From Heterodontus francisci (lineage: Eukaryota), in assembly GCF_036365525.1 (NCBI RefSeq), contig NC_090374.1, forward strand, positions 14,735,168 through 14,799,167: DNA of 64,000 bases, written 5' to 3'. Every line of letters begins with the position of its first letter. The stretch's first letter is position 1. Shown here in pieces: positions 25,951 to 39,053 of this stretch. The notes under the pieces were generated by a model that worked only from the letters and a program-made list of their open reading frames with translations, was not told the origin of the DNA and did no database searches. The position numbers and the translations under genes are program-made.

Positions 25951-26799
25951 ATTTGATGGGGACAGTGTAGAGGGAGCTTTACTCTTGATCTAACCTGTGC
26001 TCTATCTGCCCTGCAAGTATTTGACGGGACAGTGTAAAGGGAGATTTATGTGGAGCCAAAATTACTTCCACCTTCTTTGTGATCTCCAATTGCACCCCAC
26101 TGTGCTTGGACAGTGACATATGGAATATGGAGAGGCTGCTGCCTAGGAGATGCCAGTCGATGGAGTTGCCATCTGTACAGAAGATAGAGGAAAGATTTTG
26201 AAGACTGCTGAGGTAACAGAACCCTATGCCTGTCATATCACATATCTTCTTGTGACTTTGATCAGAGAGGGCTCAGTGCTGTGGGCAGAATAGAAACTGG
26301 ACTGAAGCAATTCAAAAGTATAGTTGGATGGGAATGACATGTTAGAGACCTTTGAGTGCAAAGAAAAGTTGAAGATGGGTTGGGAGTTCGAAAAGACAGA
26401 GAGGTTGAGGTTAGGCTTTCAAAGATAGAAGGTGCAGTGACAGCAGTTTTAGAGAAGGGGAAATAAATACTGAGAAATACGAGAAGCTGATGATGTTGGC
26501 AGTTGGAGTTAGGATACAGATCAACGATGATCGAATTGAATGGTGGAGCAGGGTCGAGGGGCAGAATGGCCTCCTATTTCTACCTTCCTTTCTTCTTTCC
26601 CCCTACTGCCTCTTTGCCTTGTGGTATGAAGGCTTCCATTTTAGTTCAAAACAAACTGATTTCCTGTTCACTAATGCATTATGTGTAATTTCCTGTCAGA
26701 ATTTCACAATTAGTGAAGAAACACTTTGACCAACTTCTACATTTTGGATTTGAGACAAGAAGCAGAGAGAGAGAAGGACGAAACACTGAAGAGTTGGCA

Positions 26800-26860
26800 A
26801 TGAGTTCTCTCTACGTTTGGCTTTCTGCTGTTCTGCTGTCGGTCTCGGTGCGGGGTTCCA
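26800..26860 (+). CDS. SIGLEC15-like: Siglec-15-like gene B, exon 1 (signal peptide MSSLYVWLSAVLLSVSVRGS, phase-1 donor)
   Basis: ATG at 26800 in ttggcaATGa context, 20 hydrophobic codons, donor A|gtaggt at 26861. Same exon is conserved in paralogous copies at 9266-9326 (-) and 58959-59019 (+). Phase matches the downstream V exon. Confidence 0.8.
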
Positions 26861-26935
26861 GTAGGTGCTTTCGAATAATAACTGTTCAAATTCATTTTGT
26901 TGCACAAATTGTCCTTTTTTATCATTTCGCTGCAG

Positions 26936-26947
26936 GGTCGCGAATGG
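26936..26947 (+). CDS. SIGLEC15-like: Siglec-15-like gene B, 12-nt micro-exon 2 (R-S-R-M)
   Basis: Pyrimidine tract + tgcag|GGTCGCGAATGG|gtgaaa, phase 1-1. The paralog has tacag|GATCACGAGTGG|gtaaaa (R-S-R-V) with synonymous changes, while the preceding intron differs in length (75 vs 79 nt). Confidence 0.65.
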
Positions 26948-28149
26948 GTGAAAATCCAGGGGAGGGACGGTCAGAGTCAGAGAAATAGTGAGGGGTAGAA
27001 TGAGCGTCAGGTTTCCAGTAAGACACAGGGATACTGTGGTTAACCGCTGTGTGACTGGGTGGGGAGGGTTAAGGGTGTTGGAGATATTCGGTGTGTCTGA
27101 AGGAGCTGAGGGCTGGTATAGGCAGTGTCAGTGTCTGGGAGACGTGATCATTCTCTCTCCCTTTCACTGTTTAAGTTGCCAGTGTAGAGTTCCATATGTA
27201 GAGCAATATTGCAGCCAGTGCCAAATTGGAACATCCAGACAAGGATTTACTTTCAGCGGGCATCACTATGTTGTGTTGCTTGAGTGTTTGTTGAGAGTTT
27301 AATTTCTGATTTCCCTTGTGCATGTCTGAGCTGCTTGGCTCATTGTTCTCCCATTCTCTTTAAGAGGTGAAAACTAACTTCCATCCACCCAACAGCATCC
27401 AGCAATCACCCAGCATCTCCTGCTTTTATTGATTGAAAGTCAAAGGGATGATTTTTGCCTGCTCCTTTAGGCGCTAAAGAGCCTCCGAGTTGGCCAAAGT
27501 CAGACCTATATGTCGTGATCCATGAAAGTTGCTTCTAATCAGTACTTGAGTGTTTAAGCTGCAGGAGTCTGTTCCAGCACATTCAGGCAAAGTTCAAATG
27601 ATGGTAATCAACAATTAGGATCAAGTTTACTTGCTAGAATCAGGGCAAAAAAATTAATTCACGCCAATTTTTGAGAGTGTGGCTGACGATTCATGGTGTG
27701 GCCCCACCCATTCAGATGTGGTGGGTCAGATATAAAATTCAACTATCATCTGAATGATTGTGACTCAAGTTCCTGCCCCCCACCCCAGGACTGGTCTCCT
27801 CTTCAGAAAGCTTCTGGCAAGCTCTGCACACAGCAGGAAGCCCTGGCAGTGTAGCTGGACACCACGTGGTGCAGGCAGCCTGATTTTTTCTTAAACGCAG
27901 GCTGCCTCTTAAAGGGAAGGTGGCAAAAAAGATTGCTGGAATGGAAATTCTTATAAACTGATCATCAGGGCACACAGAAGGATCCAGACTCAGGTATGTG
28001 ACAAGGGCAGCAAACACATGGGAACACCACCAACTGCAGGTTCCCCTCCAAGTCACACACCATCCTGACTTGAAACTATATTGCTGTTTCTTCACTGTCG
28101 CTGAGTCAAAATCCTGGAACTCCCTCCCTGACAGCACTTTGAGTGTACC

Positions 28150-28662
28150 TACATTGAGTACAAGAGTTGGGACGTCATGTTACAGTTGTACATAACGTTG
28201 GTTAGGCCACATTTGGAGTACTGTGTGCAGTTCTGGTCGCCGCACTACAGGAAAGATGTGATTAAGCTAGAGAGGGTGCAGAAAAGATTGACAAGGATGT
28301 TGCCTGGTTTGGAGGGCTTGAGTTATAAAGAGAGATTGGATAGGCTGGGTCTGTTTTCCCTGGAGCGAAGGAGGCTGAGAGGGGACATGATAGAAGTATA
28401 TAAAATTATGAGAGGCATAGATAGGGTAGATAGCCAGAGTCTGTTTCCCATGGTAGGGGTGACTAAAACTAGAGGGCATAGATTTAAGGTGAGAGGGAGG
28501 AGGTTTAAAGGGGATCAAAGGGGTAAATTTTTCACACAAAGAATAGTGGGTATCTGGAATGAGCTGCCTGAGGAGGAGGTGGAGGCAGGAACAGTAGCGA
28601 CATTTAAGAGGCATCTGGACAGGTACTTGAATGAACAAGGCAGGGAGGGATATGGAATTATG
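28150..28662 (+). mobile_element. CR1 3' ORF2 fragment
   Basis: ORF 28177-28665. Confidence 0.88.
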
Positions 28663-28830
28663 TAACAGCCCCGACAACCAATTTTTTCTGCAGCACCTCT
28701 GGAAGAGTCTGTCACTCTGGTTTTGGTCATTATAGCCACTCCAGACGTTGCTCCACAAACCACTGACCACCTTCAGGCATTGACCCATTGTCTCCCGAGA
28801 CAAGGAGGCCAAAGAAGAAGAAGAAGAAGA
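28662..28830 (+). mobile_element. RTE 3' end with (GAA)n tail
   Basis: cacaaaccactgaccacc..gacaaggaggccaaa(gaa)n. Confidence 0.85.
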
Positions 28831-31800
28831 TATATAAACTACCCAAAACCGTCAGTTATATTCCAAACTGTAACTCACTCTTCTTTATCCATTATTCTAT
28901 AAACTACCCAAACTCCTCTGTTATATTCTAGCCTGTAACTCACATTTATTTATCCATTATTCTATCGATAAACTACCCAAACCCCTCTGTTGTATTCCAG
29001 CCCTTAACTCACTGTTAATTATCCTTTATTCTATATGTAAACTACCCAAAGCCTTCTGTTATATTCCAGCCTGTAACTCGCTGTTATTTATCCATTATTC
29101 TATATATAAACTTCCGAAACTCTTCTATTCTATTCCAGCATGTAACTAACTGTTATTGATCCATTAATCTATATATTAACTAGCCAAATTCCTTGGTTAT
29201 ATTCCAGCCTGTAACTCTGTTCTTTATCCATTATTCTATATATAAGTGACCCAAACCCCTCTGTTATATTCCAGCCTGTAACTCACTGTTAAATATCCAT
29301 TATTCTATATATAAACTCCCCAAACCCTTCTATTATAACGTAACTAACTGTTATTGATCCATTAATCTATATATGTACTAGCCAAATTCCTTGGTTATAT
29401 TCCAGCCTGTAACTCTGTTCTTTATCCATTATTCTATATATAAGTGACCCAAACCCCTCTGTTATATTCCAGCCTGTAATTCACTGTTATTTATCCATTA
29501 TTCTATATATAGACTACCCAAACCCTTCTGTTATATTCAAGCTTGTAACTCACTGTTATTTATCCATTATTCTATATATAAACTACCCAAACCCCTCTGT
29601 TATATCCCAGCCTGCAACTCATTTTTATTTTTCCATTATTCTATATATAGACTACCCAAACCCTTCTGTTAGATTCCAGCCTGTAACTCACTGTTATTTA
29701 TCCATTATTCTATATATAATCTACCCCAATGCTTCAGTTATATTCCAGCATGTAATTCACTGTTATTTATCCATTATTCTACATATAAACTACCCAAACT
29801 CCTCTGTTATAGTCCAGCCTGTAACACATTGTTATTTATCCATTATTCTATATATAAACTACACAAAATGATCATTTATATTCCAAACTTTAACTCACTG
29901 TTATTTATCCATTACTCGATAAACTATCCAAACCCTTCTGTTAGATTCCAGCCTGTAACACACTGTTATTTATCCATTACTCTATAAACTACCCAAACCC
30001 TTCTGTTAGATTCCAGCCTGTAACTCACTGTTATTTATCTATAAACTACCCAAACCCTTCTGTTATATTGCAGCCTGTAACACACTGTTACTTTTCGATT
30101 AATTTATATATAAACTTTCAAAACCCCTGTTATATTCCAGCCTGTAACTCACATTTATTTATCCATTATTCTATATATGAACTACCCAAAACAGTCTGTT
30201 ATATTCCAAACTGTAACTCACTGTTCTTTCTCCATTATTCTGTAAACTTTCCAAACCCTTCTGTTATATTCCAGCCTGTAACTCTCTGTTAGTTAGCCAT
30301 TTTTCTATATATAAACTACCCAAAACAGTTTGTTGTATTCCAAACTATAACTCACTGTTCTTTATCCATTATTCTATTTGTAAACTACCCAAACCCTTCT
30401 GTTATATTGCAGCCTGTAACTCACTGTTATCGATCCATTATTCTATGTATAATCCATCCAAACTCCTTGGTTATATTCCAGCCTGTAATCACTGATATTT
30501 ATCCATTATTCTATATGGAAACTACCCAAACCCTTTTTATTTTTTTTATTTAAAGATAAAGCACTGAAACAGGCCCTTTGACCCACCGAGTCTGTGCCGA
30601 CCAACAACCACCCATTTATACTAACTCTACAGTAATCTCATATTCCCTACCTACACTAGGGGCAATTTACAACGGCCAATTTACCTATCACCTGCAAGTC
30701 TTAGGTATTGGGAGGAAACCGGAGCACCTGGCAAAAATCCACACGGTCACAGGGAGAACCTGCAAACTCCGCACAGGCAGTACCCAGAATCGAACCTGGG
30801 TTTCTGGAGCTGTGAGGCTGCAGTGCTAACCACTGCGCCACTGCGCCGCCCAATCCCCTGTTATATTCCACCTGTAACTCACTTATTTATCCATTATTCT
30901 AGATATAAACTACCCAAGCCCCTCTGTTATATTCCAGCCTGTAACTCACTGTTATTTATCTATTATTCTATACATAAACTAACCAAACCCTTCTATTATT
31001 TTACAGCCTGTGACTCACTGTTATTGATCCATTATTCTATATAGAAACTTCCCAAACTCCTCTGTTATATTCCAGCCTGTAACTCACTTTTGTTTACCCA
31101 ATATTCTATATATAGACTACCCAAACCCCTCTGTTATATTCCAGCTTGTAACTCACTGTTATTTATCCATTATTCTATATGGAAACTACCCAAACCCCTC
31201 TGTTATATACCAGCTTGTAACTCAGTTATTTATCCATTATTCTATATGTAAACTACCCAAACCCCTCTGTTATATTCCAGCCCATAACTCACTGTTATTT
31301 ATCCATTATTCTATATATAGACTACCCAAACCCCTCTGTTATATTCCAGCCCATAACTCACTGTTATTTATCCATTATTCTATATGTAAACTACGCAACC
31401 CCCTGTGTTATACCAGCCTGTAACTCACTGTTATTTATCCATTATTCTATATGTAAACTACGCAAACCCTCTGTTATATTCCAGCCCATAACTCACTGTT
31501 ATTTATCCATTATTCTATATGTAAACTACGCAAACCCCTCTGTTATATTCCAGCCCATAACTCACTGTTATTTATCCATTATTCTATATGTAAACTACGC
31601 AAACCCCTCTGTTATATTCCAGCCCATAACTCACTGTTATTTATCCATTATTCTATATGTAAACTACCCAAACCCCTCTGTTATATTCCAGCCCATAACT
31701 CACTGTTATTTATCCATTATTCTATATGTAAACTACGCAACCCCCTGTGTTATACCAGCCTGTAACTCACTGTTATTTATCCATTATTCTATATATAAAT

Positions 31801-34268
31801 GACCCAAACCCCTCTGTTATTATTCCAGCCCATAACTCACTGTTATTTATCCATTATTCTATATGTAAACTACGCAACCCCCTGTGTTATATACCAGCCT
31901 GTAACTCACTGTTATTTATCCATTATTCTATATGTAAACTACGCAACCCCCTGTGTTATATACCAGCCTGTAACTCACTGTTATTTATCCATTATTCTAT
32001 ATGTAAACTACGCAACCCCCTGTGTTATATACCAGCCTGTAACTCACTGTTATTTATCCATTATTCTATATGTAAACTACGCAACCCCCTGTGTTATATA
32101 CCAGCCTGTAACTCACTGTTATTTATCCATTATTCTATATATAAACGACCCACACTCCTCTGTTATATTCCAGCCTACAACGCACTGTTGTTTATCCACT
32201 ATTCAGTATAAAACCTACCCAAACCCCTCGCTAATATTCCAGCCTGTAACTCACTGATATTTATGCATCATTTTACATATAATCTACCCAATCACTTCTG
32301 TTATATTCCAGCCCATAACTCACTGTTATTTATCCATTATTCTATATATAAACTATCCAAGCCCTTCTATTATATTCCAGCCAGTAACTCACTGTTATTT
32401 ATCCATTATTCTAAATTTAAACTACCTAAACCCCGATGTTATATTCACGCCTGCAACTCACATTTATTTATCCATTATTCTATTTCTGAACTACCCAAAC
32501 CCCTCTGTTATATTACAGCATTTAACTCACTGTTATTTATCCATTATTCTACATTTAACCTACCCAAACACTTCTGTTATATTCCAGCCTGTAACTCACT
32601 GCTATATATACATTATTATAGATATATATTTCCCGAAACCTTCTGTTATACACCAGCCCATAACTCACTGTTATTTATTCATTATTCTATATATAAACTA
32701 ACCAAACCCCTCTGTTATATTCCAGCCCATAACTCACTGTTATTTATCCATTATTCTATATGTAAACTACGCAAACCCCTCTGTTATATTCCAGCCCATA
32801 ACTCACTGTTATTTATCCATTATTCTATATGTAAACTACGCAAACCCCTCTGTTATATTCCAGCCCATAACTCACTGTTATTTATCCATTATTCTATATG
32901 TAAACTACCCAAACCCCTCTGTTATATTCCAGCCCATAACTCACTGTTATTTATCCATTATTCTATATGTAAACTACGCAACCCCCTGTGTTATACCAGC
33001 CTGTAACTCACTGTTATTTATCCATTATTCTATATATAAATGACCCAAACCCCTCTGTTATTATTCCAGCCCATAACTCACTGTTATTTATCCATTATTC
33101 TATATGTAAACTACGCAACCCCCTGTGTTATATACCAGCCTGTAACTCACTGTTATTTATCCATTATTCTATATGTAAACTACGCAACCCCCTGTGTTAT
33201 ATACCAGCCTGTAACTCACTGTTATTTATCCATTATTCTATATGTAAACTACGCAACCCCCTGTGTTATATACCAGCCTGTAACTCACTGTTATTTATCC
33301 ATTATTCTATATGTAAACTACGCAACCCCCTGTGTTATATACCAGCCTGTAACTCACTGTTATTTATCCATTATTCTATATATAAACGACCCACACTCCT
33401 CTGTTATATTCCAGCCTACAACGCACTGTTGTTTATCCACTATTCAGTATAAAACCTACCCAAACCCCTCGCTAATATTCCAGCCTGTAACTCACTGATA
33501 TTTATGCATCATTTTACATATAATCTACCCAATCACTTCTGTTATATTCCAGCCCATAACTCACTGTTATTTATCCATTATTCTATATATAAACTATCCA
33601 AGCCCTTCTATTATATTCCAGCCAGTAACTCACTGTTATTTATCCATTATTCTAAATTTAAACTACCTAAACCCCGATGTTATATTCACGCCTGCAACTC
33701 ACATTTATTTATCCATTATTCTATTTCTGAACTACCCAAACCCCTCTGTTATATTACAGCATTTAACTCACTGTTATTTATCCATTATTCTACATTTAAC
33801 CTACCCAAACACTTCTGTTATATTCCAGCCTGTAACTCACTGCTATATATACATTATTATAGATATATATTTCCCGAAACCTTCTGTTATACACCAGCCC
33901 ATAACTCACTGTTATTTATTCATTATTCTATATATAAACTAACCAAACCCCTCTGTTATATTCGCGCCTGTAACTTACCGTCATTTATCCATTATTCTAT
34001 GTATAAACTACCCAAACCCCATTGTTATATTCCAGCCTGTAACTCGCTGTTATTGATCCATTATTCTATATCTAAACTATCCAAACTCCTTGGTTATATT
34101 CCAGCCTTCAACTCATTTTTATTTATCCATTATTCTATATAAAACTGCCCAAACCCCTCTGTTACATTCCAGCCTGTAACTCACTGTTGTGTATCCATTA
34201 TTCTATTTATTATCTACCCAAACCCTTCTGTTATATTTCAGCCTGTAACTCACTGTTATTTATCCATT
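28831..34268. repeat. 69-bp minisatellite (ataaactacccaaacccctctgttatattccagcctgtaactcactgttatttatccattattctatat); remnants also at 36803-36851 and 37246-37332
   Basis: Directly visible; 23-aa periodicity in the spurious ORFs. Confidence 0.97.
30537..30850 (-). mobile_element. V-SINE inserted in the minisatellite
   Basis: Same family as 6478-6829. Confidence 0.88.
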
Positions 34269-34269
34269 C

Positions 34270-36802
34270 GGCTTTGGCCTCCTTACCTCGAGAGACAATG
34301 GGTAAGCGCCTGGAGGTGGTCAGTGGTTTGTGAAACAGCGCCTGAAGTGGCTATAAAGGCCAATTCTAGAGTGACGGGCTCTTCCACAGGTGTTGCAGAA
34401 AAATTTGTTTGTCGGGGCTGTTACACAGTTGGCTCTCCCCTTGCGCCTCTGTCTTTTTTCCTGCCAACTGCTAAGTCTCTTCGACTCGCCACACTTTATC
34501 CCCGCCTTTATGGCTGCCCGCCAGCTCTGGCGAACGCTGGCAACTGACTCCCATGACTTGTGATCAATGTCACAGGATTTCATGTCGCGTTTACAGACGT
34601 CTTTAAAGCGGAGACATGGATGGCCGGTGGGTCTGATACCAGTGGCGAGCGCGCTGTACAATGTGTCTTTGGGGATCCTGCCATCTTCCATGCGGCTCAC
34701 ATGGCCAAACCATCTCAAGCGCCGCTGACTCAGTAGTGTGTATAAGCTGGGGATGTTGGCCACCTCGAGGACTTCTGTGTTGGAGATATGGTCCTGCCAC
34801 CTGATGCCAAGTATTCTCCGGAGGCAGCGAAGATGGAATGAATTGAGACGTCGCTCTTGGCTGACATACGTTGTCCAGGCCTCGCTGCTGTAGAGCAAGG
34901 TACTGAGGACACAGGCTTGATACACTCGGACTTTTGTGTTCCATGTCAGTGCGCCATTTTCCCACACTCTCTTGGCCAGTCTGGACATAGCAGTGGAAGC
35001 CTTTCCCATGCGCTTGTTGATTTCTGCATCTAGAGACAGGTTACTGGTGATAGTTGAGCCTAGGTAGGTGAACTCTTGAACCACTTCCAGAGCGTGGTCG
35101 CCAATATTGATGGATGGAGCATTTCTGACGTCCTGCTCCATGATGTTCGTTTTCTTGAGGCTGATGGTTAGGCCAAATTCATTGCAGGCAGCCGCAAACC
35201 TGTCGATGAGACTCTGCAGGCACTCTTCAGTGTGAGATGTTAAAGCAGCATCGTCAGCAAAGAGGAGTTCCCTGATGAGGACTTTCCGTACTTTGGACTT
35301 CGCTCTTAGACGGGCAAGGTTGAACAACCTGCCCCCTGATCTTGTGTGGAGGAAAATTCCTTCTTCAGAAGACTTGAACGCATGTGAAAGCAGCAGGGAG
35401 AAGAAAATCCCAAAAAGTGTGGGTGCGAGAACACAGCCCTGTTTCACGCCACTCAGGATAGGAAAGGGGTCTGATGAGGAGCCACCATGTTGAATTGTGC
35501 CTTTCATATTGTCATGGAATGAGGTGATGATACTTAGTAGCTTTGGTGGACATCCGATCTTTTCTAGTAGTCTGAAGAGACCACGTCTGCTGACGAGGTC
35601 AAAGGCTTTGGTGAGATCAGTGAAAGCAATGTAGAGGGGCATCTGTTGTTCACGGCATTTCTCCTGTATCTGTCGAAGGGAGAACAGCATGTCAACGGTC
35701 GATCTCTCTGCACGAAAGCCATACAGTGCCTCAGGGTAGACGCGCTCGGCCAGCTTCTGGAGCCTGTTTAGAGCGACTCGAGCAAAGACTTTCCCCACTA
35801 TGCTGAGCAGGGAGATTCCACGGTAGTTGTTGCAGTCACCGCGGTCACCTTTGTTTTTATAGAGGGTAATGATATTGGCATTGTGCATGTCCTGAGGTAC
35901 TGCTCCCTCGTCCCAGCACAGGCATAGCAGATCATGTAGTGCTGAGAGTATAGCAGGCTTGGCACTCTTGATTATTTCAGGGGTAATGCTGTCCTTCCCA
36001 AGGGCTTTTCCGCTGGCTAGAGAATCAATGGCATCACTGAGATCCAATTTGGTTGGCTGTATGTCCAGCTCATCCATAACTGGTAGAGGCTGGGCTGCAT
36101 TGAGGGCAGTCTCAGTGACAACATTCACCCTGGAGTACAGTTCTAGGTAGTGCTCAACCCAGCGGTCCATTTGCTTGCGTTGGTCAGTGATTATGACCCC
36201 TGATTTAGATTTGAGGGGGGCAATCTTCTTGATGGTTGGCCCAAGAGCTCTCTTAATGCCATCATACATTCCTCTGATGTTTCCGGTGTCTGAGGCCAGC
36301 TGAATATGACTGCATAGGTGTTGCCAGTAGTCGTTTGCGCAGCGCCTGACTGTTCTTTGTGCAGTGCTTCTGGCTGCTTTAAGTGCTACGGATGTTAACT
36401 CGCTGGGGGCTTTCTTGTAGTTCAACAGTGCAATGCGCTTCGCGGTTATGACAGGTTCCAGCTCTTCATTATGAGATTGAAACCAGTCTGCATTTCTCTT
36501 CGCACTTTTGCCGTAGGTGGTCAAAGCTGACTAATAGATGGCGTCTCTGATATGGGCCCACTTGGTCTCAGCATCCCCTGTGGGAGTGTTTTGAAGGGTT
36601 GTTACAAGTGAATTTAGAAATTTTTGTAACAGCTGTGGGTGAGAAATTCTGCTCGTGTTGATGCGCGGGTGGCCCTTCTGCTTGGAATGATGCAACTTCT
36701 TTGGTCTGAGTCTAACCTTGCTGCACACCAGGGAGTGGTCGGTGTCGCAGTCCGCACTGTGGAAGCTGCGTGTGATTTGAACACTGTTTAAGGAGGTTCG
36801 CC
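34270..36802 (-). mobile_element. RTE-clade LINE, 5'-truncated; 734-aa ORF (34320-36524) with RT and C-terminal CxxC..H..C motif
   Basis: RT motifs DLTKAFD, GVKQGCVLAP, LFADD; CNTCGRARHSRIGLYSHFRRC. Confidence 0.93.
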
Positions 36803-36851
36803 TTTATTCTATATATAAACCACCCAAACCCCTCTGTTTTATTCCAGCCTG

Positions 36852-37245
36852 TTCTCTTTGGCCTCCTTGTCTCGAGAGACAATGTTTAAGCGCCTGGAGG
36901 TGGTCAGTGGTTTGTGGAGCAGCGCCTGGAGTGGCTATAAATGCCAATTCTAGAGTGACAGACTCTTCCACAGGTGCTGCAGATAACATTGGTTGTTGGG
37001 GCTGTTACACAGTTGCTTCTCTCCTTGCGCTTCTGTCTTTTTTCCTGCCAACTGCTCAGTCTCTTCGACTCGCCATGCTTTAGCCCCGCCTTTAATGGTT
37101 GCCCGCCAGCTCTGGTGATCACTGGCAACTGACTCCCACGACTTGTGATCAATGTCACAGGACTTCATGTCGCGTTTGCAGACATCTTTAAAGCGGAGCC
37201 ATGGACGGCCGGTGGGTCTGGTACCAGTGACGAGCTCGCTGTACA
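36852..37245 (-). mobile_element. RTE 3' fragment
   Basis: ORFs 36904-37158 and 36950-37264. Confidence 0.88.
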
Positions 37246-37454
37246 ATTCCAGCCTGTAACTCACTGTTATTTATCTATTATTCTACATATAACCAGCCAA
37301 ACCGTTCTGTTGTATTCCAGCCTGTAACTCACTCCAGTGACTGATGTCTGTGTATAAACCATCCCAATCTGACCATATGATGTTATATCTGTTGTCACGA
37401 GATCACAATCAGTATATTATCTCAGTTTGATTTTGAAACACTATTCTCTGTCCC

Positions 37455-37560
37455 TGTGGGTTCCGAAGAAGGGTCACTGACCCGAAACGTTAACTCTGCT
37501 TCTCTTTCCACAGATGCTGCCAGACCTGCTGAGTGAATCCAGCATTTCTTGTTTTTGTCT
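37455..37560 (+). mobile_element. Penelope-type pseudo-LTR fragment with a minimal hammerhead ribozyme motif
   Basis: gggtt-CCGAAGA-a-gggtc(act)gaccc-GAAA-cgt-t-aactc, then cacagatgctgccagacctgctgagt. Confidence 0.6.
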
Positions 37561-37602
37561 CCGTCCCTGTGCTGTTTTAATATTCTCTCTCTCTCTCCAC
37601 AG

Positions 37603-37995
37603 AGTTTTCTGAGAATGGTTGGACAATGAGCACTGCGGATGATGTGAGTGTTGAGGAAGGAGGGTCCGCTGTCTTGCCGTGTACTTTCACCCACCCACAC
37701 ACTGATCAGACGGTCACCGGCTCTGTGATATGGTACAACCGCGATTCATGGGATTCTAATGTTATTTTTAAGTGTACATATTCTGGTCCGGGCCATTCAC
37801 AGAGTGAGCTGTGTGAGGATGTGAAACAGCAGGACGGCGGGAATCGATTCAGATTCGTGGGGAACTTCCGTAACAAAGATGTCTCAATCATGATGGAGCG
37901 GCTGATCCGGGCGGACAGCGGTTATTATCGGTGTCGTGTGGAGCTCAATATTGGAAAGATTAATGTACTGAAACTAACGAGTCTGAGAGTGGAAG
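37603..37995 (+). CDS. SIGLEC15-like: Siglec-15-like gene B, V-set Ig domain 1 (sialic-acid-binding type)
   Basis: Acceptor (ct)n-ccacag|, donor G|gtgagg, phase 1-1. WTMSTADDVSVEEGGSAVLPCTFTHPH..IFKC..SELC..RFRFVGN..YYRCRVE matches recalled human Siglec-15 motifs (AVLPCTFTHPH, VFRC..SELC, YFCRVE): four Cys and the essential Arg (37935-37937). Confidence 0.92.
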
Positions 37996-39053
37996 GTGAG
38001 GAACAATATTCAGGGGCTGCAGCTGCCCCGATAGCTCAATGGCTAAAGACTCCACCTGGTCTGGTCCTGAACCACATGGGTAAATAAACTCTCAGCAATC
38101 CCGGGCTTTGAAAGGGGAATATTGCCCGGGATTCCTGCTCCTGATCACTCTCCAGACACTCCTGCTGGAAGGTGTCTTATTGGACATTGAATAAGACAAT
38201 GGGCCAGCCTGTGATGCTCTCCACAGTCAAATAGTCCATTGCCACTCATTGACCAGGCTTGTGCTGTAAGGAAGGCCATCTGGGTGAGATCAGTAATAAT
38301 ATTTTAGGATAATGAGCTATTTCAGTTTGGACATTGGGTAAGTGCAGCATGTCCATCTCAGTCTCAGTGCTGTAGGCCTGCAGTGTCCAGCTCAAAGCTG
38401 ATTGGACCTGTTCCACCACTTCATATATTCTCAGTGGAGAATTGGCGGGTGGATCACAGGGAGACGATGTCAATTGGGTCATTGCTGCTCAGCTCACACT
38501 TCAGGGCAGTACCGAGGGAGTGCTGCACTGGCTGAGGTGCCACTTTAACCTTCCTCCAGTGTTGCCCCTCAAATCGATTGAATCGTCTGGGCATTTCTGG
38601 GACCAATGGGAAATGATATTTAACCGAGACAAATGCAGTGTGATGCGGGTAGGTAGGATCAACACGGAATTCACTGAACATTTACAGGGAATAATACAGA
38701 AAGTGGCTGAGAGAGAAAAGGATCGAGACTGTTAATGTACACACATCACTCAAAATTCACAACCAATGCAGTGAAGCCATTGACAAAACAAACAGGGCAT
38801 TGGGTTGTATTAACAAAACCATTCAGTACAAGTCAAACCACTTCCCACTTTCTGCTAGTCTGAGAAACGTCCCTGACCTCTTACCCTCTGTTTCCTGTTT
38901 TGTCACCATCTTTCAATCTGTTCTGCTACCCGGCCTCCTGAGCCCACAATCCCTGGGATCTCCACTGGCTGAGTACTACACTGGGCAATGCCTCTACCTA
39001 CTGGACCACAGGGAGAGCTCAGAACTGAAATAAATTAAAGTTCTCATCAAGAC

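Noticed and set aside
26713-26988. 91-aa single-exon ORF around the leader
   Set aside because: Begins at a non-ATG codon and the frame is not conserved in paralog A; better explained as leader, intron and micro-exon.
31747-34142. Long Cys/His/Tyr-rich repetitive ORFs (up to 247 aa)
   Set aside because: Translations of the 69-bp minisatellite (unit divisible by 3); open in several frames, no splice signals.
28831-34268. Regularly spaced repeats superficially like a CRISPR array
   Set aside because: No unique spacers, eukaryotic context, no cas genes.
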